Assembly (NCBI GenBank): GCA_965237805.1
Contig: OZ250153.1
Span: 608,001-672,000, forward strand
DNA length: 64,000 nt
DNA from: Gammaproteobacteria bacterium
GTDB lineage: Bacteria; Pseudomonadota; Gammaproteobacteria; JABABF01
Direction: 5' to 3'
Shown: piece by piece, positions 50,163 to 60,535 of the stretch
Layout of the letters: every line of letters starts with the position of its first letter
Numbering within the stretch: the first letter of the stretch is position 1
Translations under genes and position numbers: made by a program
Notes under the pieces: model-generated
The model's input: the letters and a program-made list of their open reading frames with translations, nothing else
Told to the model about the DNA's origin: nothing
The model's database searches: none

Positions 50163-51713
50163 TCAGCTGTCCCCTGTCAACAATTCATCCGCATGCGACT
50201 CCAACTGCCCCAACAGCTCGCGGGCCACATCGTCCAACCCGGCAGTCTCCCGCAATACCCCCACACGAGCCAAATAGTCCTCCATCACCAACCGTGCCCC
50301 CGCATCAGAATCGGTCAGCCGCTGATAGCAATGATCTTGCCACCGCTGCCGCTCCGATGCATCCAAGCTCTGCGGATAATTGCGTGCCCGGTAGCGAAAC
50401 AACAGCTCGCGCAGACGGCCATCGACAAAGTGCGGTGGGGATGCCACCAAAGCGGCACCGTCCATCTGCGGGACCCCAATCGCCTGATCGCGGTCGCTGT
50501 CGTGCCAAAAACCGTCGTACAGGCAAAACTCTGGATCCACCGCAGACTTGACTGCGGTGCGCGCCGCTCGCCGCGGCAGGCGCTCACCCCAGTCATCGCA
50601 GGCGAGCAGCCGCTCAGCCTTGGCAACACTGCCCGCCAAATCAATCCCCCAGCGCTCGGCCACATCCGCCCTCAGCAGTGACAGCGGCGCGGTCAGCGGG
50701 GCGCGATTGAAACGTAGCAGATGCAACCCCGGCACCCCGCCAGCTCCCGCCACGCCGTGGACACCCGCGGCGACCACATCGGCGATGCCCTTGGCCAACT
50801 CGCGCCCAAGACCCAATGCCATCGCATCCGCGGCATCTCTCACCCCGCTCCAGCCAGCTGATGAGTGCCCTGTGTCCGCCCCACCATCCTGCTCCAGCAA
50901 TGGGGCGGGGTCTTGGGACAGGTCGAAGACCCACACTGCCCGCTCACCACCCACAGCCGCAGCCAGCGGCAGGATCAACCCGAGGCAGCAGTGCCGATTG
51001 CCGTAGCGTGGATCGACATGCAACAGCACTTTCCGCCGTGCCGGCTCCAAATCTGCAGCCACCACTTGGCGCTGCCGCCGTGCCAGTGCGTAATCAAATA
51101 ACTTCGGCTGACGCTGACGGAGCAGACGTGCCAAGGCGATCATTGAGCGCACATCGGACAGCGCCTCGTGCGCATCGTGCGCAATGCCGTTGGCCGATGT
51201 CAGGCGATCCTGTTGAAACACCGGACTACCGTCCTCGCCGTCGGGCCACTCGATGCCCTCCGGGCGCAATGCCCGTGCCAAACGCAGTGCGCCCAGCGGA
51301 TCCCAGCGGCTGTTATCGTCGCGCCACTCCCAAGCGTAAGGGTCGTGGAAATTTCGGTAAAAGAGGTGACGCGTGACTTCAAAATCAAAGCCGAAGCCAT
51401 TGTAGGCAGCCGCGCAGCTACCCGGCACCGCCAGCTCGCCCGCAATGCAAGCGGCGAATTCGCGTTCCGGCACACCGTCGCGCCGCATACGTTGCGGACT
51501 GATGCCAGTGATGAGGCAGGACTCCGGCCACGGCAGCACATCAGATGCCGGATGGCAGTAGAGCACCAGCGGCTCAGCTAACTCGCACAATTCGGCATCG
51601 GTGCGCACACCGGCGAACTGCGATGGACGGTCGCGCCTAGGGTCGAGGCCGGTGGTTTCGTAATCGTGCCAGTAAATGCTGGTGGGTGGCGTGGAGATGG
51701 CCGGATCCCCCAA
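50163..51713 (-). CDS. sbcB: Exodeoxyribonuclease I
   Basis: WHDYETTG..DRPSQFAG.RTD, YN...FD.EVTR, RPEGIEWP, AHEALSDV, LLFRYRARNYP. Confidence 0.93.
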   Translation of the reverse strand: MGDPAISTPPTSIYWHDYETTGLDPRRDRPSQFAGVRTDAELCELAEPLVLYCHPASDVLPWPESCLITGISPQRMRRDGVPEREFAACIAGELAVPGSCAAAYNGFGFDFEVTRHLFYRNFHDPYAWEWRDDNSRWDPLGALRLARALRPEGIEWPDGEDGSPVFQQDRLTSANGIAHDAHEALSDVRSMIALARLLRQRQPKLFDYALARRQRQVVAADLEPARRKVLLHVDPRYGNRHCCLGLILPLAAAVGGERAVWVFDLSQDPAPLLEQDGGADTGHSSAGWSGVRDAADAMALGLGRELAKGIADVVAAGVHGVAGAGGVPGLHLLRFNRAPLTAPLSLLRADVAERWGIDLAGSVAKAERLLACDDWGERLPRRAARTAVKSAVDPEFCLYDGFWHDSDRDQAIGVPQMDGAALVASPPHFVDGRLRELLFRYRARNYPQSLDASERQRWQDHCYQRLTDSDAGARLVMEDYLARVGVLRETAGLDDVARELLGQLESHADELLTGDS

Positions 51714-51758
51714 CTGGCTACGCGCTTGCCAACGGTGCGCTGGGGCGGCTAGCTTCGC

Positions 51759-53285
51759 TCAGCGCACCGACACCACTTGCGCTGCGGCGATGTGCTCGCG
51801 CCATGCCATCGGGCCGCTCTGGTGCACCGAGTCACCGCGACTGTCCACCGCCACTGTCACCGGCATATCGCACAGCTCAAACTCCCGTATCGCCTCCATG
51901 CCCAGCTCGGGGAAGGCCAGCACCCGCGCCGACTTGATCGCCTTCGCCACCAAATAAGCCGCCCCGCCAATGGCGATCAAATACACCGCCCGGTGACGGC
52001 GGATCGACTCCACCGCCGCTGGCCCGCGCTCCGCCTTGCCGATCATCCCCAGCAAGTCGGTATGCTCGAGTAGTGCATCGGTGAATCGATCCATACGGGT
52101 AGCGGTGGTCGGCCCGGCCGGCCCCACCACCTCGTCGCCCACCGGGTCGACTGGCCCGACATAGTAGATGAAGCGGCCATCCAAATCGACGCCCTCTGGC
52201 AATGCCTCGCCGCGCTCCAGCAACTCGATCAGCCGCTTGTGGGCAGCATCGCGCCCAGTCAGCAACTTACCGGACAACAACAATGTCTCACCGCTGCGCC
52301 ACTCGGCGATGTCCTCGCGCCTCAGAGTGTCCAAGTCGACGCGTCGCGCCCGCGCTCCCGGCGTCCAGCTGATCTGAGGCCACTCGTCCAGCGAAGGCGG
52401 CTCTTGGAACACTGGCCCGCTACCGTCCAACACAAAACGCGCATGCCGCGTGGCGGCACAATTGGGGATCATCGCCACTGGCAACGAGGCGGCATGGGTG
52501 GGGTAATCCAATACTTTGACATCCACCACCGTACTCAGTCCACCCAAGCCCTGCGCGCCGATGCCCAGCGCGTTGACTCCATCCATGATCTCCAAGCGCA
52601 GCTCCTCGGCGCGGTTCGACGCCCCGCGCTCGCGTAGCTCGTGCATGTCCACTGGTGCCAGCAGAGATTGCTTGGCCAGCACCGCGGCCTTCTCTGCCGT
52701 GCCGCCGATACCAATGCCCAATATCCCGGGAGGGCACCAGCCAGCCCCCAGCGTCGGCACCGTCTCTACCACCCAATCGACAATGTTGTCGCTGGGCTCG
52801 AGCATCACCAATTTGGCCTTGTTCTCAGAGCCACCACCCTTGGCCGCCAGCTGCAATTCGAGCTGATCTCCGGGCACCATCTCACAGTGCACCACGGCCG
52901 GAGTGTTGTCACCGGTATTGCGCCGCGCCCCGGCGGGGTCATCCAGAATCGAGGCGCGCAGCACATTGTCTGGCTGCAGGTAGGCGCGGCGGACACCCTC
53001 GCTGATCATTGCTTCCAAGCTCATCTCGGCATCCCAACGCAAGGCCATGCCGACACGTGCAAAGGCGACGACAATGCCGGTATCTTGACAGATTGGTCGG
53101 TGCCCCTCGGCACACATGCGCGAATTGACCAGTATCTGCGCCATGGCGTCGCGCGCCGCCACCGACTCCTCGCGCTGCCAAGCCTCGTGCACGGCGCGAA
53201 TGAAATCCAACGGATGGTAATAAGACATGAATTGCAGCGCGTCGGCCACGCTGTCGATCACATCTTGCTGGCGGATGACTCGCAT
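51759..53285 (-). CDS. Class I fumarate hydratase (Fe-S)
   Basis: PICQDTG, AKGGGSENK, GAGWCPP, CAATRH, GPTTATRMD. Confidence 0.95.
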   Translation of the reverse strand: MRVIRQQDVIDSVADALQFMSYYHPLDFIRAVHEAWQREESVAARDAMAQILVNSRMCAEGHRPICQDTGIVVAFARVGMALRWDAEMSLEAMISEGVRRAYLQPDNVLRASILDDPAGARRNTGDNTPAVVHCEMVPGDQLELQLAAKGGGSENKAKLVMLEPSDNIVDWVVETVPTLGAGWCPPGILGIGIGGTAEKAAVLAKQSLLAPVDMHELRERGASNRAEELRLEIMDGVNALGIGAQGLGGLSTVVDVKVLDYPTHAASLPVAMIPNCAATRHARFVLDGSGPVFQEPPSLDEWPQISWTPGARARRVDLDTLRREDIAEWRSGETLLLSGKLLTGRDAAHKRLIELLERGEALPEGVDLDGRFIYYVGPVDPVGDEVVGPAGPTTATRMDRFTDALLEHTDLLGMIGKAERGPAAVESIRRHRAVYLIAIGGAAYLVAKAIKSARVLAFPELGMEAIREFELCDMPVTVAVDSRGDSVHQSGPMAWREHIAAAQVVSVR

Positions 53286-54176
53286 CTACGGGTTGTTGTC
53301 TGTGGGCATCACTGCCTGCAAGCCAGCATCGTCGGCATCATCGTGCTGTGCTGGGATGCCGACCCGATTGACCAGCAGCTGTTGCATGCGGAAGAGGCGG
53401 TCGTTGACTTGGCGCCGGTAGGCGTTAATGCCCTCGATCCACTCCTCGTTCAATGAGATGCGGCGTTCGAGTGCTGTCATGCTCTGTGCCAGCTGCGCCA
53501 GCTGCTCGCTGACCGTGCGCAGATTAGCCCGCACAGTACTCAGCGAGGCGCTCAAATCGCCACTGTCGCGGCTCGACTTCTCATCGACCGCCTCGCTGCG
53601 CACCGTCATGGTATTGAGCCCTTCGCGCAAAGATTTCGACTCCGCCGCCAACACATCGACACGCTGCTTCCACTGTTGATCTTGACTCTGCTGGCGGCGG
53701 GCGAGCTGCTGGTTCTGCTCGGCGACACTCTGCTGGCGCTCCACCAGCTGCTGCTGTCGCGCCACCAGCTGCTGGTGACCCTGATCGATGTCCGCCAGCC
53801 GCGTCACCAGTGTTTTCAACTGCTGCTGGGAAGCGGCCTGATTGGCGATCAGCTCGTCCAGCTGGCCGCGCAGCCCCTTGCTGTGTTGGCTGATGTCGAT
53901 ATGCGTGCTGCTGAGGCTTTTGCGCACCGACTCCAGCGCCTTATCCTGTTGCAGTAGCCGCACACTGGCCTGTTGCAGATTGTCCCAGAGCCAGTAGCCA
54001 CCTGCTCCTCCAACGGCTAAAGCCAGCAGTAGCAACAAGCTGAGCCACCACCCGACAGCGGATGAGCCGCCGCCACTGGCGGCAGGGCGACGGCGACCAA
54101 CCCGACGATAGGAACCCCGCTCCCCCGCATTGGGGATTAGGCTGGGAACCGCTTCTTTACTGTTTTTATCAGACAT
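53286..54176 (-). CDS. Membrane-anchored coiled-coil protein
   Basis: Single TM helix, then Gln-rich heptads ending INAYRRQVN; abuts the fumarase start. Confidence 0.75.
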   Translation of the reverse strand: MSDKNSKEAVPSLIPNAGERGSYRRVGRRRPAASGGGSSAVGWWLSLLLLLALAVGGAGGYWLWDNLQQASVRLLQQDKALESVRKSLSSTHIDISQHSKGLRGQLDELIANQAASQQQLKTLVTRLADIDQGHQQLVARQQQLVERQQSVAEQNQQLARRQQSQDQQWKQRVDVLAAESKSLREGLNTMTVRSEAVDEKSSRDSGDLSASLSTVRANLRTVSEQLAQLAQSMTALERRISLNEEWIEGINAYRRQVNDRLFRMQQLLVNRVGIPAQHDDADDAGLQAVMPTDNNP

Positions 54177-54283
54177 GACGGCAACTGCGCCAAGACTGCG
54201 GCGGATGAACGGCTAGAGAATTGCTATCCGACAGCTGAACAGGGATGAACCCACCGCAAGCCATAGACTACCGGACAAAGGGC

Positions 54284-54955
54284 TCAGCTCAACAGCTCGG
54301 CGATCAGCGCCAGCACCAAGGTCAGCACAAAGCTAGCGATGATGACTTCTTGCACCGAAGTGATTCGAATGCGGGCGGGCGTCCCTCGCACAGCGTTGTA
54401 CTCGAGCGCCAAGATCAAGAGAGTAGCGAGCCATGTAGCTGGTGCCGTGTCCATCAGATTGTAGGCACCGTCGCCGCCACCATGCGCAGAGGCAATCATA
54501 AACAGCAACATCGGCACCGAAAACAGGGTGTTGTGCCGAGAAGCACAGCCCGCGCGCGCTAGAGCCTCAGGCGCAGCTTCCAAACCAGCTTGACCCTGCT
54601 GCAGCTGGGAAGCGTTTTCGATAACGATCTGCTGGTTGGGCCAGATGATGAACCACACATTGATGGCCATGAGTGTGCCGAGTAGCGTACCGAGGTAGAT
54701 ATACAGGCTCCAGCCCGGCCAGCTCAGCGCCAACAGCACAGCACCTGTCAAGAAAGTGAATGCGGCAGCCCAACGGAACCACCACAGGGCTTTGGGCACC
54801 AATTTGACCAGCGCATCGCCCTTGGCGGCGGCCTCGGCCTCTTTGAAATACTCGGTCTGGACAAAATTGAAGTAGTAGAGCAGGCCGATCCATGCAATAC
54901 CGCACAGCACATGTAGCCAACGTAATATCATGTCGGGATCGTTAAAGATGCTCAT
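54284..54955 (-). CDS. PuuD/urate oxidase N-terminal-like membrane protein
   Basis: LRWLHVLCGIAWIGLLYYFNFVQ, ALWWFRW, NVWFIIWPNQ, SRHNT; no CxxCH domain. Confidence 0.82.
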   Translation of the reverse strand: MSIFNDPDMILRWLHVLCGIAWIGLLYYFNFVQTEYFKEAEAAAKGDALVKLVPKALWWFRWAAAFTFLTGAVLLALSWPGWSLYIYLGTLLGTLMAINVWFIIWPNQQIVIENASQLQQGQAGLEAAPEALARAGCASRHNTLFSVPMLLFMIASAHGGGDGAYNLMDTAPATWLATLLILALEYNAVRGTPARIRITSVQEVIIASFVLTLVLALIAELLS

Positions 54956-55176
54956 AATCCACTCCTAGGGGAAGTTCGTATGAAAGGAACACATTGTTGC
55001 TATATTGTAACAGAATATCGCCTCGCTCACCACGAGTGATCAAGCGATGCGATCAGCATCAGGATTGCGGGCAGAGATGCCAAAAACTACTGTGGGCAGA
55101 TTTCCGAGCTGCTGCTGCTGGCTGCCCGGTCGCAGTGGGATAGCGATGGATGGGGATGCCGCCACCATACGAAAAT

Positions 55177-55209
55177 GGGAGCAGACGGGTGCGCTACCCG
55201 TCTGCTCCC
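55177..55209 (-). terminator. Probable intrinsic terminator of groESL
   Basis: Perfect 14-bp inverted repeat GGGAGCAGACGGGT-N5-ACCCGTCTGCTCCC followed by ATTTT on the minus strand. Confidence 0.75.
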
Positions 55210-55236
55210 GCCACCGCAGGGGAAAGCGGCTGGGCT

Positions 55237-56886
<1,650 letters not shown>

Positions 56887-56999
56887 TTACTGTCCTCTGC
56901 GGTTAGCTACGGTTGTACTGTTTCATGCCGCCACACACGATCAAGTCGCATGCGCCGGTGTTTTTTGTTTTCAAGAGAAGATTTTGTGCCCGATCGACT

Positions 57000-57299
57000 T
57001 CAGTCGACTGTGGCGTAGATCTCGTCTTCGCGCATGATGATCAAGTCTTCGTCATCATCATCCTGCACTGTGTTGCTGTCAGCGTACTTGCCGAAAATCA
57101 CGGTGTCACCGACCTTGATCGACAGCGGTCGCCGTTCGCCACTGTCGAGGTAGGCACCTGGCCCCACCGCCACCACTTCGCCCTGATTGGGCTTCTCCTT
57201 GGCGCTACCCGGCAAAACGATGCCTCCGGCACTGGTTTCCTCTTCTTCTTTACGACGCACCACCACACGGTCGTGCAAAGGGGTAATCTTCATGCCCAT
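57000..57299 (-). CDS. groES: Co-chaperonin GroES
   Basis: [33 protein letters not shown]; AGGAG SD. Confidence 0.98.
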   Translation of the reverse strand: MGMKITPLHDRVVVRRKEEEETSAGGIVLPGSAKEKPNQGEVVAVGPGAYLDSGERRPLSIKVGDTVIFGKYADSNTVQDDDDEDLIIMREDEIYATVD

Positions 57300-57437
57300 C
57301 AGTTGTTCTCTCCTGGCGCTATAAGTCGGCTATTGTGAACGCTGCGTCAAGCCCGGGGCGGCACCAAACCACCCAGCCAAGCTGTTCCCAGTGGCGGGGC
57401 ATCCCCCTGTAGGAAGTGCCATCGCTGGATACTGCTA

Positions 57438-57466
57438 ATATGGGGACGGTCTTATCAAAAATCAAC
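57438..57466 (-). promoter_or_regulatory. Putative sigma32 promoter of groESL
   Basis: GTTGAT-N15-CCCCATAT; perfect -10, degenerate -35. Confidence 0.65.
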
Positions 57467-57551
57467 CCCACATCAGCAATCGGATAGTGACCAGCGTGTG
57501 GGGCGGGACTCAGAAGTCGCGGGGAAAGCGCGTTGCAGGGGGCGCAATAAC

Positions 57552-58310
57552 ATGGAGCTGAAGGACAAGAAAATCGTCGTCACCGGTGCCGGGCAGGGGC
57601 TGGGAAGAGCCATCGCCATCGCGTTGGCCGCGCGCGAGGCGCAGCTGGCGCTGGTGGACTTGGACGCCGAAGCGCTGCAGAAGAGCGCCGAGTTGTGCCG
57701 CCGCGCTGGCGGCGGTGCCAGTCACTATATCGTCGATGTCAGCGCTGAAATGCAGGTGGACGCACTGTTCTCGGAGCTCGCCGAACAGGGGCCACTACAC
57801 GGCTTGGTCAACAACGCTGGCATCATACGCGATGGTCTGCTGGTGAAGGTCAAGGACGGTGCCATGGAGGGACGCATGAGCTTCGCCGACTGGCGCGCGG
57901 TCATGGCGGTCAATTTGGACGGTGTATTCCTGTGCGGTCGTGCGGCCGCCACCCAGATGGCGCTAAACGGCACAGCGGGGCTGATCCTCAATATCACCAG
58001 CATCTCCCGCGCTGGCAACATCGGGCAGAGCAACTACGCAGCAGCCAAAGCTGGTGTCGCCGCACTGACCACAACTTGGGCCAAGGAGTTGGCTCGCTTC
58101 GGTATCCGTTCCGCCGCCATCGCCCCCGGCGTGATCGAGACCAGCATGGTGGCGGCGATGAAAGACGATGCCCGCGAACGGCTGGTCGCCAGCATCCCGC
58201 TCAAACGCCTCGGCAACCCTGAGGAGATCGCCCACACGGCGGTCTACCTATTCGAAAACGACTATGTCAGCGGTCGCGTGATTGAGGTGGACGCCGCACT
58301 CAGGCTGTAG
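57552..58310 (+). CDS. SDR oxidoreductase, 3-oxoacyl reductase-like
   Basis: TGAGQGLG, NNAGIIRD, GQSNYAAAK. Confidence 0.92.
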   Translation: MELKDKKIVVTGAGQGLGRAIAIALAAREAQLALVDLDAEALQKSAELCRRAGGGASHYIVDVSAEMQVDALFSELAEQGPLHGLVNNAGIIRDGLLVKVKDGAMEGRMSFADWRAVMAVNLDGVFLCGRAAATQMALNGTAGLILNITSISRAGNIGQSNYAAAKAGVAALTTTWAKELARFGIRSAAIAPGVIETSMVAAMKDDARERLVASIPLKRLGNPEEIAHTAVYLFENDYVSGRVIEVDAALRL

Positions 58311-58335
58311 CCTCGGGGGGAGCCCTCCCCAACCT

Positions 58336-59709
58336 TCAGCCCGAACTACGGCTTTGCAGCACTCGCTGAATCGGGCCGCGTTGCCACAGTAGCAATGCGA
58401 TACTCGGCAGCACCAGCAGGGCTGTCAGCAGGAAAAACAAGGGCCAGTCGCCGCCCAAACCGTCGACGATGAAACCCGAGCCAGCCGCCAAAGTCGTACG
58501 CGAGAGATTGCCGAGCGAGGCCAAGGCGGCGTACTGGGTGGCGGTATGACCACGCTGGCACAGATGGGAGAGGAAAGCGACAAAGGCCACCGTGGAGACA
58601 GCGGTAGTCAGCTGATCGGCAATCACCGCCACACCGAATAGCCAACGCTCTGGATACCAAGCCAAGAGGGCAAAAAGCAGGTTGGTGACCGCCATCGCAA
58701 CGCCCGATAGCAGCAAGCCCCGCAACAGGCCATAGCGGACACTGATCAAGCTGCCAACGACGGCAAACAGGCAGTAGCTAATGGTGCCAAAGCCCTTGGA
58801 ATAGAGCGCGATGTCGCCTTTGGAAAAACCGACCTCAGTGTAGAACAGCAGCGACATGCGCCCCAACATCGCCTCGCCGATCTTGAATGCGAATACTGCC
58901 ACCAGCAAGATGCAGGCGAGTTTGAAACCGTGCTGGCCGAAGAAAGAGCGCAGGGGGCTAAGGTAGGCTTGGACGGCGCGCGCGGCGAGCTGCCGCCAAG
59001 CGCGGTCTGTAGCAGGGGTGGTGGTGGCGGTGGTGCCAGAGTCATCCCGCGCTGGCTCCGGCACCACCGCCAGCATGGCACAGGCCAGCAGCGCGCTGAT
59101 CCCAGCTGCCGCCAAATAACACCACAGCCAATGTTCCCCCGTTGCCAGACGCTGCTCCAGCTGACCCGCCAGACCGAGTAACAGCCCCCCCAACAGCCCG
59201 TAGCCACCCCACCAACCGGACACCGCCATCGCAGCGCCACTGGCCAAACGCTGCGGCTCGGCATCGCCCACCAACTCGATACGCAGCGCATCAATCGCCA
59301 CATCTTGGGTGGCACTGGCGATGGCGATACCCAGCGCGGCGATGGCCATCAGCCACAGATTGCCTACCGGATCCAAGGTTGCCAGCCACAGCACCAGCGC
59401 GAAGATCAGCAGCTGCATCAGGGCGATCCAGCCACGGCGCTGGCCGTAGCGGCGCAATAGCGGCGGCGGCGCGGCATCGACCAGCGGTGCCCACAGTAGA
59501 TTGATGGCGTAGACCGCGAACACCGCGCCGAACAAGCCGACCTGGCTGCGGCTGAAGCCGGTCTCCTGCAACCACAGTGTCAACAAAGAGCCGATCAGCA
59601 CCCACGGAAAGCCGCTGATTGCGCCTAGCAGAAAGATCTGCGGCATCAGCGGGCCGCGGTAGGCCGCCAGCGAGCTGCGCCAACTAATGACCGCTGTGGC
59701 GGAACTCAT
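58336..59709 (-). CDS. ampG: AmpG family muropeptide MFS permease
   Basis: LG.ISGFPW.L, LWAPLVD, GQRRGW, SATQDVAIDALRIE, TATQYA. Confidence 0.88.
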   Translation of the reverse strand: MSSATAVISWRSSLAAYRGPLMPQIFLLGAISGFPWVLIGSLLTLWLQETGFSRSQVGLFGAVFAVYAINLLWAPLVDAAPPPLLRRYGQRRGWIALMQLLIFALVLWLATLDPVGNLWLMAIAALGIAIASATQDVAIDALRIELVGDAEPQRLASGAAMAVSGWWGGYGLLGGLLLGLAGQLEQRLATGEHWLWCYLAAAGISALLACAMLAVVPEPARDDSGTTATTTPATDRAWRQLAARAVQAYLSPLRSFFGQHGFKLACILLVAVFAFKIGEAMLGRMSLLFYTEVGFSKGDIALYSKGFGTISYCLFAVVGSLISVRYGLLRGLLLSGVAMAVTNLLFALLAWYPERWLFGVAVIADQLTTAVSTVAFVAFLSHLCQRGHTATQYAALASLGNLSRTTLAAGSGFIVDGLGGDWPLFFLLTALLVLPSIALLLWQRGPIQRVLQSRSSG

Positions 59710-59870
59710 CGCCTATGCCGCCAGCGCAGCAGCAAATGAGGACACCCTATCGCCAGCTGTGACAGCACTGCGCCAAATACAGTTCAGACAGCCGTGTCGA
59801 TGAAGATTGAAACGCGGCCTGAGCGAGCCGTATCAAGTGCCACGGCACCGCCGCAGGCCATTGATCTCGA

Positions 59871-60503
59871 TCAGCGGGGGGGCGGCGGCGATGAGGGAAA
59901 CTCCACGAACAGGCGACCGGATGGGTCGCGCCTCAGGTAGGGGGAGGCAGCCTGCTGAGCCTTGAAAGCGGCGCGATTGGCCGCCTTGTCCCCAACCACC
60001 ACCGGCACGGCGAAAGCGCGCGCCAGCATCGCCCGGCCAGCGGCATCGTACTCCTGGGCGACGACACCAAAATGCAGATTACCCGCACGCTTGGCATGGA
60101 TTGGCAGTTCCCAGCGGTGTACGGGCTGCGCTGCCGAATAGTAGAAGACTTGGCTGGCGATGCCCGGAGTGGACAGCTCCTCAGGCAGATTCGCCCGCAC
60201 TTCCATGCGCCCCGCCGTGTGTTGGCTCTGCAGTTCCAAGACCGCCATCGCCGTCTCGCCGACACGGAGCGAGGATGGCAGCTGATAGCGCAACTCGATC
60301 GGCGCACCAATCTTGCGATGTTGCCCGACACGAGGTGCCAGCTGGGCACGCATCACCAGCTCGGCACCCGTCGTGCCCGTCGCAACGGTCGCATGGCTAG
60401 GCTGCGGTGCAGGCACCGAACGCCCCCCCCCGCGCGTCACCGACACATAGCCGACAGCCATCGCCACGCACAGTGCCAATCCCAATACCGCTGCGTTTTT
60501 CAT
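59871..60503 (-). CDS. Exported/membrane-anchored hypothetical protein
   Basis: Hydrophobic N-terminus, KIGAPIELRY, Ig-like beta pattern, ARAFAVPVVVG; start re-picked. Confidence 0.7.
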   Translation of the reverse strand: MKNAAVLGLALCVAMAVGYVSVTRGGGRSVPAPQPSHATVATGTTGAELVMRAQLAPRVGQHRKIGAPIELRYQLPSSLRVGETAMAVLELQSQHTAGRMEVRANLPEELSTPGIASQVFYYSAAQPVHRWELPIHAKRAGNLHFGVVAQEYDAAGRAMLARAFAVPVVVGDKAANRAAFKAQQAASPYLRRDPSGRLFVEFPSSPPPPR

Positions 60504-60535
60504 CTCATGCACCTCAGTGACTTCCAACCACCGCC

